NCBI GenBank assembly: GCA_021846665.1
Contig: JAJZWM010000003.1
Location: forward strand, 1 to 61,035
DNA from: Nanobdellota archaeon
GTDB lineage: Archaea; Nanobdellota; Nanobdellia; Parvarchaeales; Parvarchaeaceae
Length of the DNA stretch: 61,035 nt
Direction of reading: 5' to 3'
The translations under genes were made by a program, and so were the position numbers. Under the pieces are notes generated by a model. The model searched no databases. It worked only from the letters and a program-made list of their open reading frames with translations, and had not been told where the DNA came from. Shown here piece after piece: positions 43,828-52,926 of this stretch. The first letter of the stretch is position 1. Every line of letters starts with the position of its first letter.

Positions 43828-44964
43828 ATGAAAGTTCTTTTCTTAGGATGGGAGTTTCCTCCGCACTCAGTAGGGGGGTTAGGTACTCATTCGTACAATA
43901 TTGTAAAAGCACTTTCTGAGAGAGGAGTAATAGTAAATGTAATACTTCCATTTAAGGAACATACTAAAATAGATGGTGTAAATTTCCTTACATTCGAAAG
44001 TGGGTTTTTTGATGGTATGTACAATATAAGCACTAAAAAAGAAGCAGATAGTAATGAAAAAAACCTTTACAGGGATGTTTTTAATGAAGTTGAAGAGTAT
44101 AAAAATAAGGCAGTAGAGCTTTCATCTACAGTAGAGTTTGACGTTATACATGCAAATGACTGGGTAACTGGCAGAGCTGCAATAGAGATAAAAAAAAGAA
44201 CGGGTAAAAAATTAGTAGCAACAATACACAGCACTGAATATGATAGAACTGCAGGTAAACCATGGGAAAGGATAGAAAAGGAGGAAAAAGCGCTTATAGA
44301 CAATGCCGATCTCGTTGTGACTGTAAGCAGAAGACTTAAAGAAGAGCTTATTTCTTTATACAATACTAATGAAAAAAGGATAAGTGTTATATATAATGCT
44401 ATAAATAGAGAAAGATTCAATGGCATAAAAAGGGACAGCAATAGAAAAGTTGTACTTTATGTTGGTAGACTATCTGTACAAAAAGGTATAGACAACCTAA
44501 TAAAAGCATTTAGGATAGTATCTGAAAAAAATGATAATGCTTTACTCTATATAATAGGGGAGGGGCCAGAACTTTCAAATCTAATAAACCTGTCAATAAA
44601 CCTTGATCTTTCTGATAAAGTAATATTTCTAGGAAAAGTTCCAGATTCAGAGATGGAAACATTGTATTCAATTGCAAATGTATTTGTAATGCCTTCTGTA
44701 TCAGAACCTTTCGGAATAGTAGCACTAGAAGCTATAGCTTCCAATGTACCAACAATAGTATCCTCTCAATCTGGAGTTTCTGAAGTTATAAAAAACACGC
44801 TTAAAGTAGATTTCTGGGACACAGAACAGATGGCAGACTTAATACTTGGATTACTAAATTACAACGAAGCAAACAATGAAATTACAAAAAATGCATACAA
44901 GGAACTAGATAGTATTACCTGGGATAAGGCAGCTGAAAAGTTTATAGAGATATATAATAAGTGA
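43828..44964 (+). CDS. GT-B glycosyltransferase (GT4/GT5-like, glycogen-synthase-like N-terminus)
   Basis: MKVLFLGWEFPPHSVGGLGTH N-terminus and the PSVSEPFGIVALEA motif. Confidence 0.7.
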   Translation: MKVLFLGWEFPPHSVGGLGTHSYNIVKALSERGVIVNVILPFKEHTKIDGVNFLTFESGFFDGMYNISTKKEADSNEKNLYRDVFNEVEEYKNKAVELSSTVEFDVIHANDWVTGRAAIEIKKRTGKKLVATIHSTEYDRTAGKPWERIEKEEKALIDNADLVVTVSRRLKEELISLYNTNEKRISVIYNAINRERFNGIKRDSNRKVVLYVGRLSVQKGIDNLIKAFRIVSEKNDNALLYIIGEGPELSNLINLSINLDLSDKVIFLGKVPDSEMETLYSIANVFVMPSVSEPFGIVALEAIASNVPTIVSSQSGVSEVIKNTLKVDFWDTEQMADLILGLLNYNEANNEITKNAYKELDSITWDKAAEKFIEIYNK

Positions 44965-45008
44965 AGCATTTAAACAAACTTTATTAATACTTATTTCTTA
45001 GAATAATA

Positions 45009-46265
45009 ATGAACATAAATTTAATGTTTGAATATGTAGTCCTTTCTATAGCGTTAGGAGCAATATTTGGACTTGAAAATGAGTATAGAATGCAAAAAGG
45101 CGTAAAGATATTCATGGGGTTCAGGACATCAATATTTATAGCTATATTAGGTGATATCTTTGCCATCTTCTATGAAATCTTTAAATACCCGCCTATAATA
45201 ATAACAGGATTTGCAGTTATGATTGCTTTTTCAAGTGCAATCTACTTTGAAAAGAACGCAAAAACAAGAAATCCTGGCGCAACGACGTATATTAGCTCAA
45301 TGATACTTTTCTTATCTGGAATGCTTGTAGGGATAGGTTACTATGAATATGCGATTGTTATAGTAATACTTATAACCGCAATAAGCTTCTATAAAAGAGA
45401 ATTTCTTTATTTTATAACTTCAATAAAGAAAAGCGAAATGATTGCAGCAATAAACCTGCTTATAATATCCTTTGTTATTCTTCCCCTACTTCCAAATACA
45501 TACATTGGCCCTTATGGCTTCTTTAATCCTTTCCAATTTTGGCTACTTGTGGCATTGGTAGGAACTGTATTCTTCATGCAATACGCCATACTTAGAGTAT
45601 CAAAATCCGGCCTGCTTGTTTCAACTATAATAGGTAGTTTAATAACTGGCACAACCATTACATTCGCTCTTGTAAACTTAGGAAACCGGTTTAAAAAACT
45701 TGAGAAAGCAATTGTTTACAATGTTGTAGTTGCAGCAAACATGCCTATGGTTCTTATACAAGCTCTTCTTATAATATATATAGTAACATTATCCTCAAAA
45801 ATCATTTATTACATGATACCAGTAACTGCAGTTTCGATAATAAGTCTTTTAATGATATATCTAATGGGCAGAGATGAGATAAACAAAAAAGCGGAAAGAC
45901 CAAATAACCCTTTTCCGCTTGTAAAAACACTTGAATTTGCTGCAGTCTTTTTTGTAGTTCTTTCGGTTTCAAGGATAGTTGCAGTCGTAGCACCAAATCT
46001 GCTTATAGTTGATATGTTCCTGTCTGCTCTTGCAAATATAGTTGGCGCTGCATTTGCATTAGGCACTCTCTTCTTAGGACACCAGATAAGTGCAAGCTAC
46101 ACTGCAATGCTTTTAGGTATATCAGTATTTGCCGCTATAATAGAAAAAGGATTTATAGGATTAGTATCAAAGAACAAAGGTACAAGGAAAGGGATATTCG
46201 GCTATTCAATGATAGTAGGTCTGGCCCTTTTGATAACCTTATTTATACAGTACCATGGAATTTAA
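45009..46265 (+). CDS. MgtC/SapB-family membrane protein with a DUF4010-like extension
   Basis: GAIFGLENEYR...GFRTS resembles the MgtC N-terminal motif. About 12 TM segments. Confidence 0.55.
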   Translation: MNINLMFEYVVLSIALGAIFGLENEYRMQKGVKIFMGFRTSIFIAILGDIFAIFYEIFKYPPIIITGFAVMIAFSSAIYFEKNAKTRNPGATTYISSMILFLSGMLVGIGYYEYAIVIVILITAISFYKREFLYFITSIKKSEMIAAINLLIISFVILPLLPNTYIGPYGFFNPFQFWLLVALVGTVFFMQYAILRVSKSGLLVSTIIGSLITGTTITFALVNLGNRFKKLEKAIVYNVVVAANMPMVLIQALLIIYIVTLSSKIIYYMIPVTAVSIISLLMIYLMGRDEINKKAERPNNPFPLVKTLEFAAVFFVVLSVSRIVAVVAPNLLIVDMFLSALANIVGAAFALGTLFLGHQISASYTAMLLGISVFAAIIEKGFIGLVSKNKGTRKGIFGYSMIVGLALLITLFIQYHGI

Positions 46266-47688
46266 ATTTGACAAAGAAAGATTAGAAAAACTTGAAAAGC
46301 TGAAAAGAGAAGGTATAGAACCTTATGGTGGTAGATTCGATGTAGAGCTACATTCCATTGATATAAAGGAAAATTTTGAAAATCTTGAAGGGAAGGAAAC
46401 TACTGTAGCCGGCAGAATACTTGCAAAGAGAGACCATGGGAAGATAAAGTTCATAGATATTCAAGATGAAGAGGGCAGTATACAAATATACTTCTCAGAA
46501 AAACATGTTGATGAAGAATCAATAAAAATAGCAGAGGAACTTGATACTGGAGATATAATAGGGATAAAAGGTACAATAATAAAAACTAAAACCGATGAAA
46601 TATCAGTCGATGCAAAGAAAATAATAATGCTCAGCAAATCACTATTGCCAATGCCATCTAGATGGTACGGCCTTGAGGATACTGAAAAAAGATACAGAAA
46701 AAGATACTTAGATTTTATAATAAACAAAGAATCTCTGGAAAAGATAAAAAAAGGCAGTATGATGCTTTCTAAGATAAGAGAGATAATGGAGAGTAAAAAA
46801 TACACGGAAGTTACAGTACCAATATTACAACCTATACCGGGCGGCGCAAATGCAAAACCGTTTATAACCCATTACAATTCACTTGACAGAGATTTTTACT
46901 TGAAAATAGCATCAGAACTTTACCTTAAACGTCTTCTTGTGGGAGGATTTGAAAAAGTCTTTGATATAAGCAAAAACTTCAGAAATGAAGGCATTGATAC
47001 AAGGCACAATCCTGAATTTATAATGATGGAAGCTTACCAAGCATATGGTGATTTAAGTACAATGCTTGAACTTACTGAAGAAATAGTAAAGGAATCTATT
47101 TACGCAGCTAACAAAACTTACAATGTTAAATTTGGGGAGAAGATGATAGATCTATCAAAATTCCAGATAAAAACAATGGAAGAAATGGTAAAAGAGAATA
47201 CTGGAATAAATAATGAGGAAGAGATTATAAAAAGAGGAAAGCAACTCGACAGTAAAGTAAATTCATACGGAGAAGCTATAAATGCCATATTTGAGGCAAA
47301 GATATCTGACAATATAATCGATCCAATATTTGTTACTAAATTTCCAATAGAAGTATCCCCATTAGCAAAAAAAACAACTGATGATCCAAGATTTGTATAC
47401 AGATTTGAACTTTATATAGCAGGTATGGAGATAGCAAACGCATTTTCGGAATTAAATGACCCAGTAGACCAGATAAGCAGATTTGAGGAAGAAGCTAAAA
47501 GAAAGAATAGGGGGATAGATGAAACGCAGGAATTTGATATGGATTTCATAGAAGCAATGAGTTATGGAATGCCTCCGGCAGGTGGTGTTGGAATAGGAAT
47601 TGATAGGTTACAGATGATAGGCACTAACTCAAAAAGCATAAAAGAAGTTATACCCTTCCCGCAGCTTAGAACATTTGAAGATCAATAA
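46255..47688 (+). CDS. lysS: Lysyl-tRNA synthetase, class II
   Basis: N-terminal OB domain (VAGRILAKRDHGKIKFIDIQD), motif 2 FRNEGID..HNPEF, motif 3 GGVGIGIDRL. Confidence 0.9.
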   Translation: MEFKFDKERLEKLEKLKREGIEPYGGRFDVELHSIDIKENFENLEGKETTVAGRILAKRDHGKIKFIDIQDEEGSIQIYFSEKHVDEESIKIAEELDTGDIIGIKGTIIKTKTDEISVDAKKIIMLSKSLLPMPSRWYGLEDTEKRYRKRYLDFIINKESLEKIKKGSMMLSKIREIMESKKYTEVTVPILQPIPGGANAKPFITHYNSLDRDFYLKIASELYLKRLLVGGFEKVFDISKNFRNEGIDTRHNPEFIMMEAYQAYGDLSTMLELTEEIVKESIYAANKTYNVKFGEKMIDLSKFQIKTMEEMVKENTGINNEEEIIKRGKQLDSKVNSYGEAINAIFEAKISDNIIDPIFVTKFPIEVSPLAKKTTDDPRFVYRFELYIAGMEIANAFSELNDPVDQISRFEEEAKRKNRGIDETQEFDMDFIEAMSYGMPPAGGVGIGIDRLQMIGTNSKSIKEVIPFPQLRTFEDQ

Positions 47689-47737
47689 ATAAAAAAATAA
47701 AAAAAATTAATTTTTGCTATTTAACTAAAAATAGGAA

Positions 47738-47875
47738 TTACTGTGTTCCTTTTCTCTTGTTATAGCAGTCTCTGCAGTAAACTGGTCTGCCCTCTTGTGG
47801 CTGGAAAGGAACTTCCGTCTCTTTCCCACAATCGGAACATACAGCTTTATACATTCTTCTTTCGAATTTTGCCAT
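47738..47875 (-). CDS. Small CxxC-x17-CxxC zinc-ribbon protein (45 aa), not in the supplied ORF track
   Basis: Hand translation gives MAKFERRMYKAVCSDCGKETEVPFQPQEGRPVYCRDCYNKRKGTQ*. AAGGAGGAAT precedes the ATG. Exactly 17 residues separate the two CxxC pairs. Confidence 0.65.
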   Translation of the reverse strand: MAKFERRMYKAVCSDCGKETEVPFQPQEGRPVYCRDCYNKRKGTQ

Positions 47876-48026
47876 ATTCCTCCTTAAGAACGAAGTTTAG
47901 AAATCCAATAAGAGAACGTTTGAACAAACAATAAACTCTTAATAGAACCCCCTAACATCATTCCTCTACCATAGGTATAAGAACTAGTCTATTTATAAAC
48001 TTATCTATTGTAATTATTTATAGTTA

Positions 48027-48056
48027 ATTAAGTGAAAAAGAGACTTTTCACTTAAT
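48027..48056. terminator. Perfect 12-bp inverted repeat hairpin (6-nt loop) just 3' of the 91-aa gene
   Basis: attaagtgaaaa-agagac-ttttcacttaat read directly. It ends 5 nt from the stop codon at 48062-48064. Function as a terminator or a binding site is untested. Confidence 0.35.
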
Positions 48057-48061
48057 CTGTT

Positions 48062-48337
48062 TTATTTATTCTTGTAGGAATCACGTATAGTTTCTATTTC
48101 ATGATATAAACTTACATAGTTCACTATTTTTGTATTACCACTAATTGTTCTAAGATTATTTAATGTAAATATTGCCTCTGCTTTTTCTTCAAGCAGATTT
48201 CTAACAAAATCCAGGGCAGCTTTATCACCTGATTTATAATAAGTACTATAAAGCTTCTTTTCGATATCTGGAGAATAATTTACTCCATCTAATAATTTTA
48301 TTTCATTTATTATTTTTTCTAAATAATTTTTTTCCAT
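48062..48337 (-). CDS. Hypothetical small helical protein
   Basis: 91-aa ORF with an AAGGAGGT ribosome-binding site 5 nt upstream of the ATG. Confidence 0.5.
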   Translation of the reverse strand: MEKNYLEKIINEIKLLDGVNYSPDIEKKLYSTYYKSGDKAALDFVRNLLEEKAEAIFTLNNLRTISGNTKIVNYVSLYHEIETIRDSYKNK

Positions 48338-48401
48338 GTTACCTCCTTATTTTACAGCTAAAGAGAAGAACAGTAATATTATTTAAGCTTTGTGATAATA
48401 T

Positions 48402-48500
48402 TGGCCTGGCCGAGATTTGGACTCGGGACCCCTGCTTTTCCTAAAATGTTGGAGCATACTCATATAAGAGCAGTGCTCTACCGGGCTAAGCTACCAGGCC
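48402..48500 (-). tRNA. tRNA-Ile (anticodon UAU) with a 25-nt intron at 37/38
   Basis: GGCCTGG/CCAGGCC acceptor. Anticodon stem CTGCT/AGCAG. Loop C-U-UAU-A, then the intron. CUUA (32-35) pairs with intron UAGG, flanked by bulges UA^U and AA^A. T-arm CCGAGTCCAAATCTCGG. Confidence 0.8.
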
Positions 48501-48549
48501 ATAATGATTACTTTAATATATACTCTAAATATTTATAATTACCTAATAC

Positions 48550-49035
48550 TTAAATGTATTCTGTAATTAAACTAGCATTAATAGATTTTATTGACAAACT
48601 TTTAATAGAAAATTCTAGGGCTTTTTCAAGGATAGGAACCTCATAAAAACCAGCATCAGTACCGATTAAGCTATAGGTTTCCTCAAGTTCATTTTTTATT
48701 TTCTTAACTTTGTCTGCTTGATAATTGTAGTTTAATAATATCTCAATGTTTTCATTTCTAGTCCTACTGTAATCCTTGAAAGCGCTTTTCACAATTAAAT
48801 AAACTGCTCTTTTAAGCTTACTTTCGTTTTCAAGGTACTTTGGATTCAAGCAGTATTCTATAGAATTAGCGGTATAAAGTTTGGCATATTTCCTATTTAT
48901 GCTTATTGAAGAATTACTGTTTCTAGAAGCATTTACTGTTAGCTCGTAAATAGACTTCTTGTTAAGAAGCTTATCTAACTCTTCTGCTGAGCATTTATTT
49001 CCCTTTATCAATATATCACGTAGCTGCTGTTCCAT
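48550..49035 (-). CDS. Hypothetical protein, third gene of the RHH/CysD-like operon
   Basis: ATG at 49035 lies 1 nt after the upstream stop. The track's longer start (49050) is a TTG. No motif recognised. Confidence 0.5.
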   Translation of the reverse strand: MEQQLRDILIKGNKCSAEELDKLLNKKSIYELTVNASRNSNSSISINRKYAKLYTANSIEYCLNPKYLENESKLKRAVYLIVKSAFKDYSRTRNENIEILLNYNYQADKVKKIKNELEETYSLIGTDAGFYEVPILEKALEFSIKSLSIKSINASLITEYI

Positions 49036-49036
49036 T

Positions 49037-49867
49037 TCACATGTAACCAAAAAGCCTAAGCTTTTCCATTACTCCTTCCTTATCTTGTGACCTGCCTGCT
49101 CTTTCCTTAGTATGTTCAAGATCCTGCTCCCACGCTGGTAAATCGCTTGTCTTCTTTGAATCAAGTTTACCATCTATTGACCTGTATCCAAGTTTATACA
49201 ATGGATGTATTGGTAAGTTGTACTTGAATATATACTCCCAAACGTTTCTTTCAGCAAATGGCAATATTGGCTGTACTCTCACATGATCTGGATGAGTTCT
49301 TGGACTTATAAAAACCTCTATGGATCTTGCTTCATTTTCGTCCCACCTAACGCCAGTAAATAGCGCATCAAACCTGTATTTTTCTATTGCCATGTTCATT
49401 GCAACTGTTTTCAATAAGTGGTTTCCAACTTCTGTTTCTAGACTATAATCAAACTCATCTCCATTGAAGCCTATCCTTCTAGCTTCATCTTGATTTATTT
49501 TATTAAGAGCACTTATCTTTATTTTGTTATCCTTCCCTACGTTTTTGATAACATCCTCGTTCTTCGCGTATACCATCTTAAATCCCCATTCCTTGCTTAT
49601 GTCATCAAGCATCTTCATGGTTTCATCGTAATGCTGACCATGATCTATGAATAATGCAGGAGGCAATTGCATCCCCAAATCTTTACATGCTCTCCTTACT
49701 AGATCCAAAACCACAGTACTATCTTTCCCAGCACTCCAAACAACTGTTGGTCTATTATATCTTTTTAATGCATCCTTTATTACTATAAGTGCAATTTCTT
49801 CCTTTGCTTCTAAGCTTAATCCTCCTTCTACCCTTTGTTTTTTTACCGAATACTGTTCATTTTCCAT
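49037..49867 (-). CDS. PAPS-reductase/CysD-like PP-loop ATP pyrophosphatase
   Basis: VVWSAGKDSTVV PP-loop and GVRWDENEAR. The C-terminus ERAGRSQDKEGVMEKLRLFGYM is collinear with the CysD C-terminus (...GSMELKKRQGYF in E. coli, from memory). Confidence 0.75.
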   Translation of the reverse strand: MENEQYSVKKQRVEGGLSLEAKEEIALIVIKDALKRYNRPTVVWSAGKDSTVVLDLVRRACKDLGMQLPPALFIDHGQHYDETMKMLDDISKEWGFKMVYAKNEDVIKNVGKDNKIKISALNKINQDEARRIGFNGDEFDYSLETEVGNHLLKTVAMNMAIEKYRFDALFTGVRWDENEARSIEVFISPRTHPDHVRVQPILPFAERNVWEYIFKYNLPIHPLYKLGYRSIDGKLDSKKTSDLPAWEQDLEHTKERAGRSQDKEGVMEKLRLFGYM

Positions 49868-49876
49868 ATTAACCTC

Positions 49877-50098
49877 CTACATATAACCTAGTTTCCTAAG
49901 TTTATCCTCAAGATCGAGCACACGCTCATCTTTTTCTTCGTTTTTCTTTTTGTCTTCACTGCTTTCAGAGACTATCTCTCTAAGCAGATATTCTACAAAG
50001 CTTGAAAGCGATGTAAAACCTGTTTTCTCTATTAGCTTCTTAGCTTTATCTGCTAATGGCTTTGGTATTGAAACGGTTGTAAATTTTTGTTCTTCCAT
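49877..50098 (-). CDS. Ribbon-helix-helix (CopG-like) protein with an acidic linker and a CysD-like C-terminal tail
   Basis: TVSIPKPLADKAKKLIEKTGFTSLSSFVEYLLREI is a classic RHH. The tail is ...LEDKLRKLGYM*. Confidence 0.7.
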   Translation of the reverse strand: MEEQKFTTVSIPKPLADKAKKLIEKTGFTSLSSFVEYLLREIVSESSEDKKKNEEKDERVLDLEDKLRKLGYM

Positions 50099-50170
50099 AA
50101 TTACTAATAATTAAATATAATTACAAATATAAATACTTTTCCTTTTTAAAAATTTAAAGAAAAGAAGAGA

Positions 50171-50500
50171 TTACATTGAAAACAAAATAAAACCTAAAAC
50201 AATTAACGGCAACGCAATTGCATCACCATAAAAACCTGATATATATGTTCCCTGCAAAAATGAAGAAGTAACTAATGTCGGGTTTAAAACGTATTGAATC
50301 AAGGTTATAATATAACTTATAGATATAGCAAGCATGCTTGCTAGAATAATAATTAAACCGCTTACCTTCTTTCTTGGATTTGCAAAGAAAAGAACTAAGA
50401 ACCTTTCCATCTTATGCATATTAACATAAAACATAAAAAATGCTATAACCCATGCAGCTGCAATTAAAAGCGCAATAGGTAAAGGAATACTAAAACTCAT
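50171..50500 (-). CDS. Small integral membrane protein
   Basis: 109 aa with 3 TM segments. GGAGGT ribosome-binding site. ATGA-type overlap with the upstream gene. Confidence 0.5.
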   Translation of the reverse strand: MSFSIPLPIALLIAAAWVIAFFMFYVNMHKMERFLVLFFANPRKKVSGLIIILASMLAISISYIITLIQYVLNPTLVTSSFLQGTYISGFYGDAIALPLIVLGFILFSM

Positions 50501-50985
50501 AAGAACCTCCTAAAATAATTAAAGTAAAGACCATATGAAAAGTAAGCTATTAGAAGCGATAAAACAGCAAGAAGCCAAAAAGCTACAACTAAACCATAGG
50601 CAAGAAATAATCTTGTAACTACGTTTATAGCGAAAACCATTGTAGCTAGAAAACCAAATAAAAGCAGAATCTCTATTCTCTTAATAAAAACTTTTGACCT
50701 TTCTTTATTCAGAAAAAATCCAGTCCAAGGGGCTTTATCCTTTACATGTTTGGTATTGACAAACAGTATCAATGCTAAAAAAACAACTGTTATTAATGCC
50801 CCTATTAACGTTACTATCCTTGCTGTTATAAGCGCAATTTCAACAAAATTTGTAAAGCTTACAATACTTATTGGTTTGAATACCACTGAAAAAGAAGCAG
50901 CGATATCTCCACCTACTGCTATAACTGCTATTATACTTATTGTTATAAGTACAATTAGATTTAACCTCGTTTGATTAAACTTCAT
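50497..50985 (-). CDS. Integral membrane protein
   Basis: 162 aa with 4 TM segments. Confidence 0.5.
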   Translation of the reverse strand: MKFNQTRLNLIVLITISIIAVIAVGGDIAASFSVVFKPISIVSFTNFVEIALITARIVTLIGALITVVFLALILFVNTKHVKDKAPWTGFFLNKERSKVFIKRIEILLLFGFLATMVFAINVVTRLFLAYGLVVAFWLLAVLSLLIAYFSYGLYFNYFRRFL

Positions 50986-51023
50986 ATTATAAACTAGTTT
51001 TTAAAGAATATAAAAATATACAC

Positions 51024-52172
51024 TTAATTATAAAGTTTTATTTTATCTGGATTAAACATATACTCTTCAATTCTGTCCTTCATCTTTTCCTTTTTAGTCC
51101 TCAATGACTCTAGGAAATCTGAGATTTTTTCGGCTGCTATCTCCTTCATCTCACCACTTAGTATCTTACCAGATTTATATTCCTGATATACCTTATCTAC
51201 CTTTCCCTGATCTTCTTCTAAAAAGCTGTACTCAAGAAAGGCAAAGTCTATATCCGGATTTGCACCATACTTTCTCTGCTCTTCGAGTGTATCTCTGCCC
51301 CCAGAAAATGCATATTTCATCAATTTTTTCCTAACCTGTTCTTTACTATCCTCTAAGAATATTGCACTCTCTTCCTTTGATGAAGACATTTTTGCTGAAT
51401 TACCTTGAAGAGACGGTAGAAACTTTGAGATTATTGCAGAAGGCTTATAATACCCTAATTTCGGAAGCACGTCTCTTGCAACTCTGAAATAAGGATCTTG
51501 ATCTATTGCATATGGTATAAGACACCTCATCTTCTTACCTTTTAAAGCTGAAAGAAGAAATGCAGGAGTTATCTGCATTGACGGAAAGAAAAGCTTACCT
51601 ATGTTATCGCTATCATTGACCCCAAAAACGGCCTTTATGGTTGATACAGTAATGTGCTTTGCAACGTCTGTTGCATAATAATACATAGTTTTAGCGCTTC
51701 TGTAATCTGCTATTATATGAGTCTTTTTCGGATCAAAACCTAGACTTATTATATCAAGTATATTGTCATTTGTAAATTTTTCTATCTCGTTTTTATTCTT
51801 ACTGCCTACTAAGAACTTTTCGTCATCCGTTAATTGTATAAGCAAATCTACATTGAAAGTTTTCTGTAGCCAAAGAGTAAATGTAAACGGTAGTAAGTGG
51901 CCTATATGCATCTTCCCTGAAGGACCTCTGCCCGTATAAAGATAAAATGGTTTGCCGTTTTCATAGTCATCTAAAACAAGGTTAAGCTCTCTATGCGCAA
52001 AGAAAACGTTTCTGCTAAGTAATGGGTGAAGCTTTCCATTTGCAATCTTTTTTATTCTATTTAGGAGGTTATCACTTATTGTATCAACGCCGAATCTTTC
52101 TACTAACTTAGAATAAGTATTATCATTTAGCTCACCACTGACTTCCCAGGGTGTTACATTAAAACTTTCCAT
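51024..52172 (-). CDS. trpS: Tryptophanyl-tRNA synthetase
   Basis: YTGRGPSGKMHIGHLLPF (HIGH), QLTDDEKF and KMSSS. Confidence 0.9.
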   Translation of the reverse strand: MESFNVTPWEVSGELNDNTYSKLVERFGVDTISDNLLNRIKKIANGKLHPLLSRNVFFAHRELNLVLDDYENGKPFYLYTGRGPSGKMHIGHLLPFTFTLWLQKTFNVDLLIQLTDDEKFLVGSKNKNEIEKFTNDNILDIISLGFDPKKTHIIADYRSAKTMYYYATDVAKHITVSTIKAVFGVNDSDNIGKLFFPSMQITPAFLLSALKGKKMRCLIPYAIDQDPYFRVARDVLPKLGYYKPSAIISKFLPSLQGNSAKMSSSKEESAIFLEDSKEQVRKKLMKYAFSGGRDTLEEQRKYGANPDIDFAFLEYSFLEEDQGKVDKVYQEYKSGKILSGEMKEIAAEKISDFLESLRTKKEKMKDRIEEYMFNPDKIKLYN

Positions 52173-52205
52173 TTAATCTTAAAGCTATTTAAATATTAAT
52201 AAACA

Positions 52206-52922
52206 TTAATCCACAATTTCTAAAATCTGTTTAAGTTCGTGTATTACTGCATCAGGCTTATGGATTCCTTTATTTGGAGGTAAGTACTTATCTATAAGTA
52301 CTGCTTTCATACCAGCTTCTTTTGCATTGTCTATATCTGCGTCCATCCTGTCTCCTACTACAAGTATGTTTTTAGGTTCTACATTTAACAGGCGAGCAAT
52401 TTCAATAAAAGGTATGGAACTATTCTTTCTCTGAGGGATATCCTCTCCTGCGATTAAAACTACGTCAAACAGCTTTGTAAAGTTTAGATTATTAAGCCTT
52501 CTTTTCTTTAAACCTGGCCTTGCATCTGTATCTGTCAAAAGACCTAGTTTTTTACCCCTTGATTTCAAAGTCTTCAGAATTTCTTCTGTATCCTCTGGAT
52601 AGTCTATTTTTTCCGATATAAAATCATAGAATTTTTGAGAAAGTTCCTCTATCTGCTTTTCATCCAGGTTTAGTGACAGGTTTTCATTAACTTTCTTTAT
52701 GACTTCTTTCCTATCATACTGCCGTGAAACTAATGGAATATCGTCGATTACTTCCTTCTGTGCCTTTAAAAGCTGCTGCATTAGATAGTTACTATCTATT
52801 CCAGAATTTAAAGAAATCAATTCAACAATTTTTGAGTATGCATTACTTATGGCAGAATGCGTATCTACTAAGGTATTATCAAAATCAAATATCAATGCCT
52901 TAGCTTTAATCTTCTCTGACAT
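52206..52922 (-). CDS. HAD-superfamily hydrolase
   Basis: LIFDFDNTLVDT (DxDxT) and VGDRMDADI motifs. Confidence 0.75.
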   Translation of the reverse strand: MSEKIKAKALIFDFDNTLVDTHSAISNAYSKIVELISLNSGIDSNYLMQQLLKAQKEVIDDIPLVSRQYDRKEVIKKVNENLSLNLDEKQIEELSQKFYDFISEKIDYPEDTEEILKTLKSRGKKLGLLTDTDARPGLKKRRLNNLNFTKLFDVVLIAGEDIPQRKNSSIPFIEIARLLNVEPKNILVVGDRMDADIDNAKEAGMKAVLIDKYLPPNKGIHKPDAVIHELKQILEIVD

Positions 52923-52926
52923 TTAA

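Noticed and set aside
47743-47934. 63-aa plus-strand ORF
   Set aside because: The opposite strand encodes a well-formed CxxC-x17-CxxC protein with a strong ribosome-binding site. The plus-strand frame has no start context or motif.
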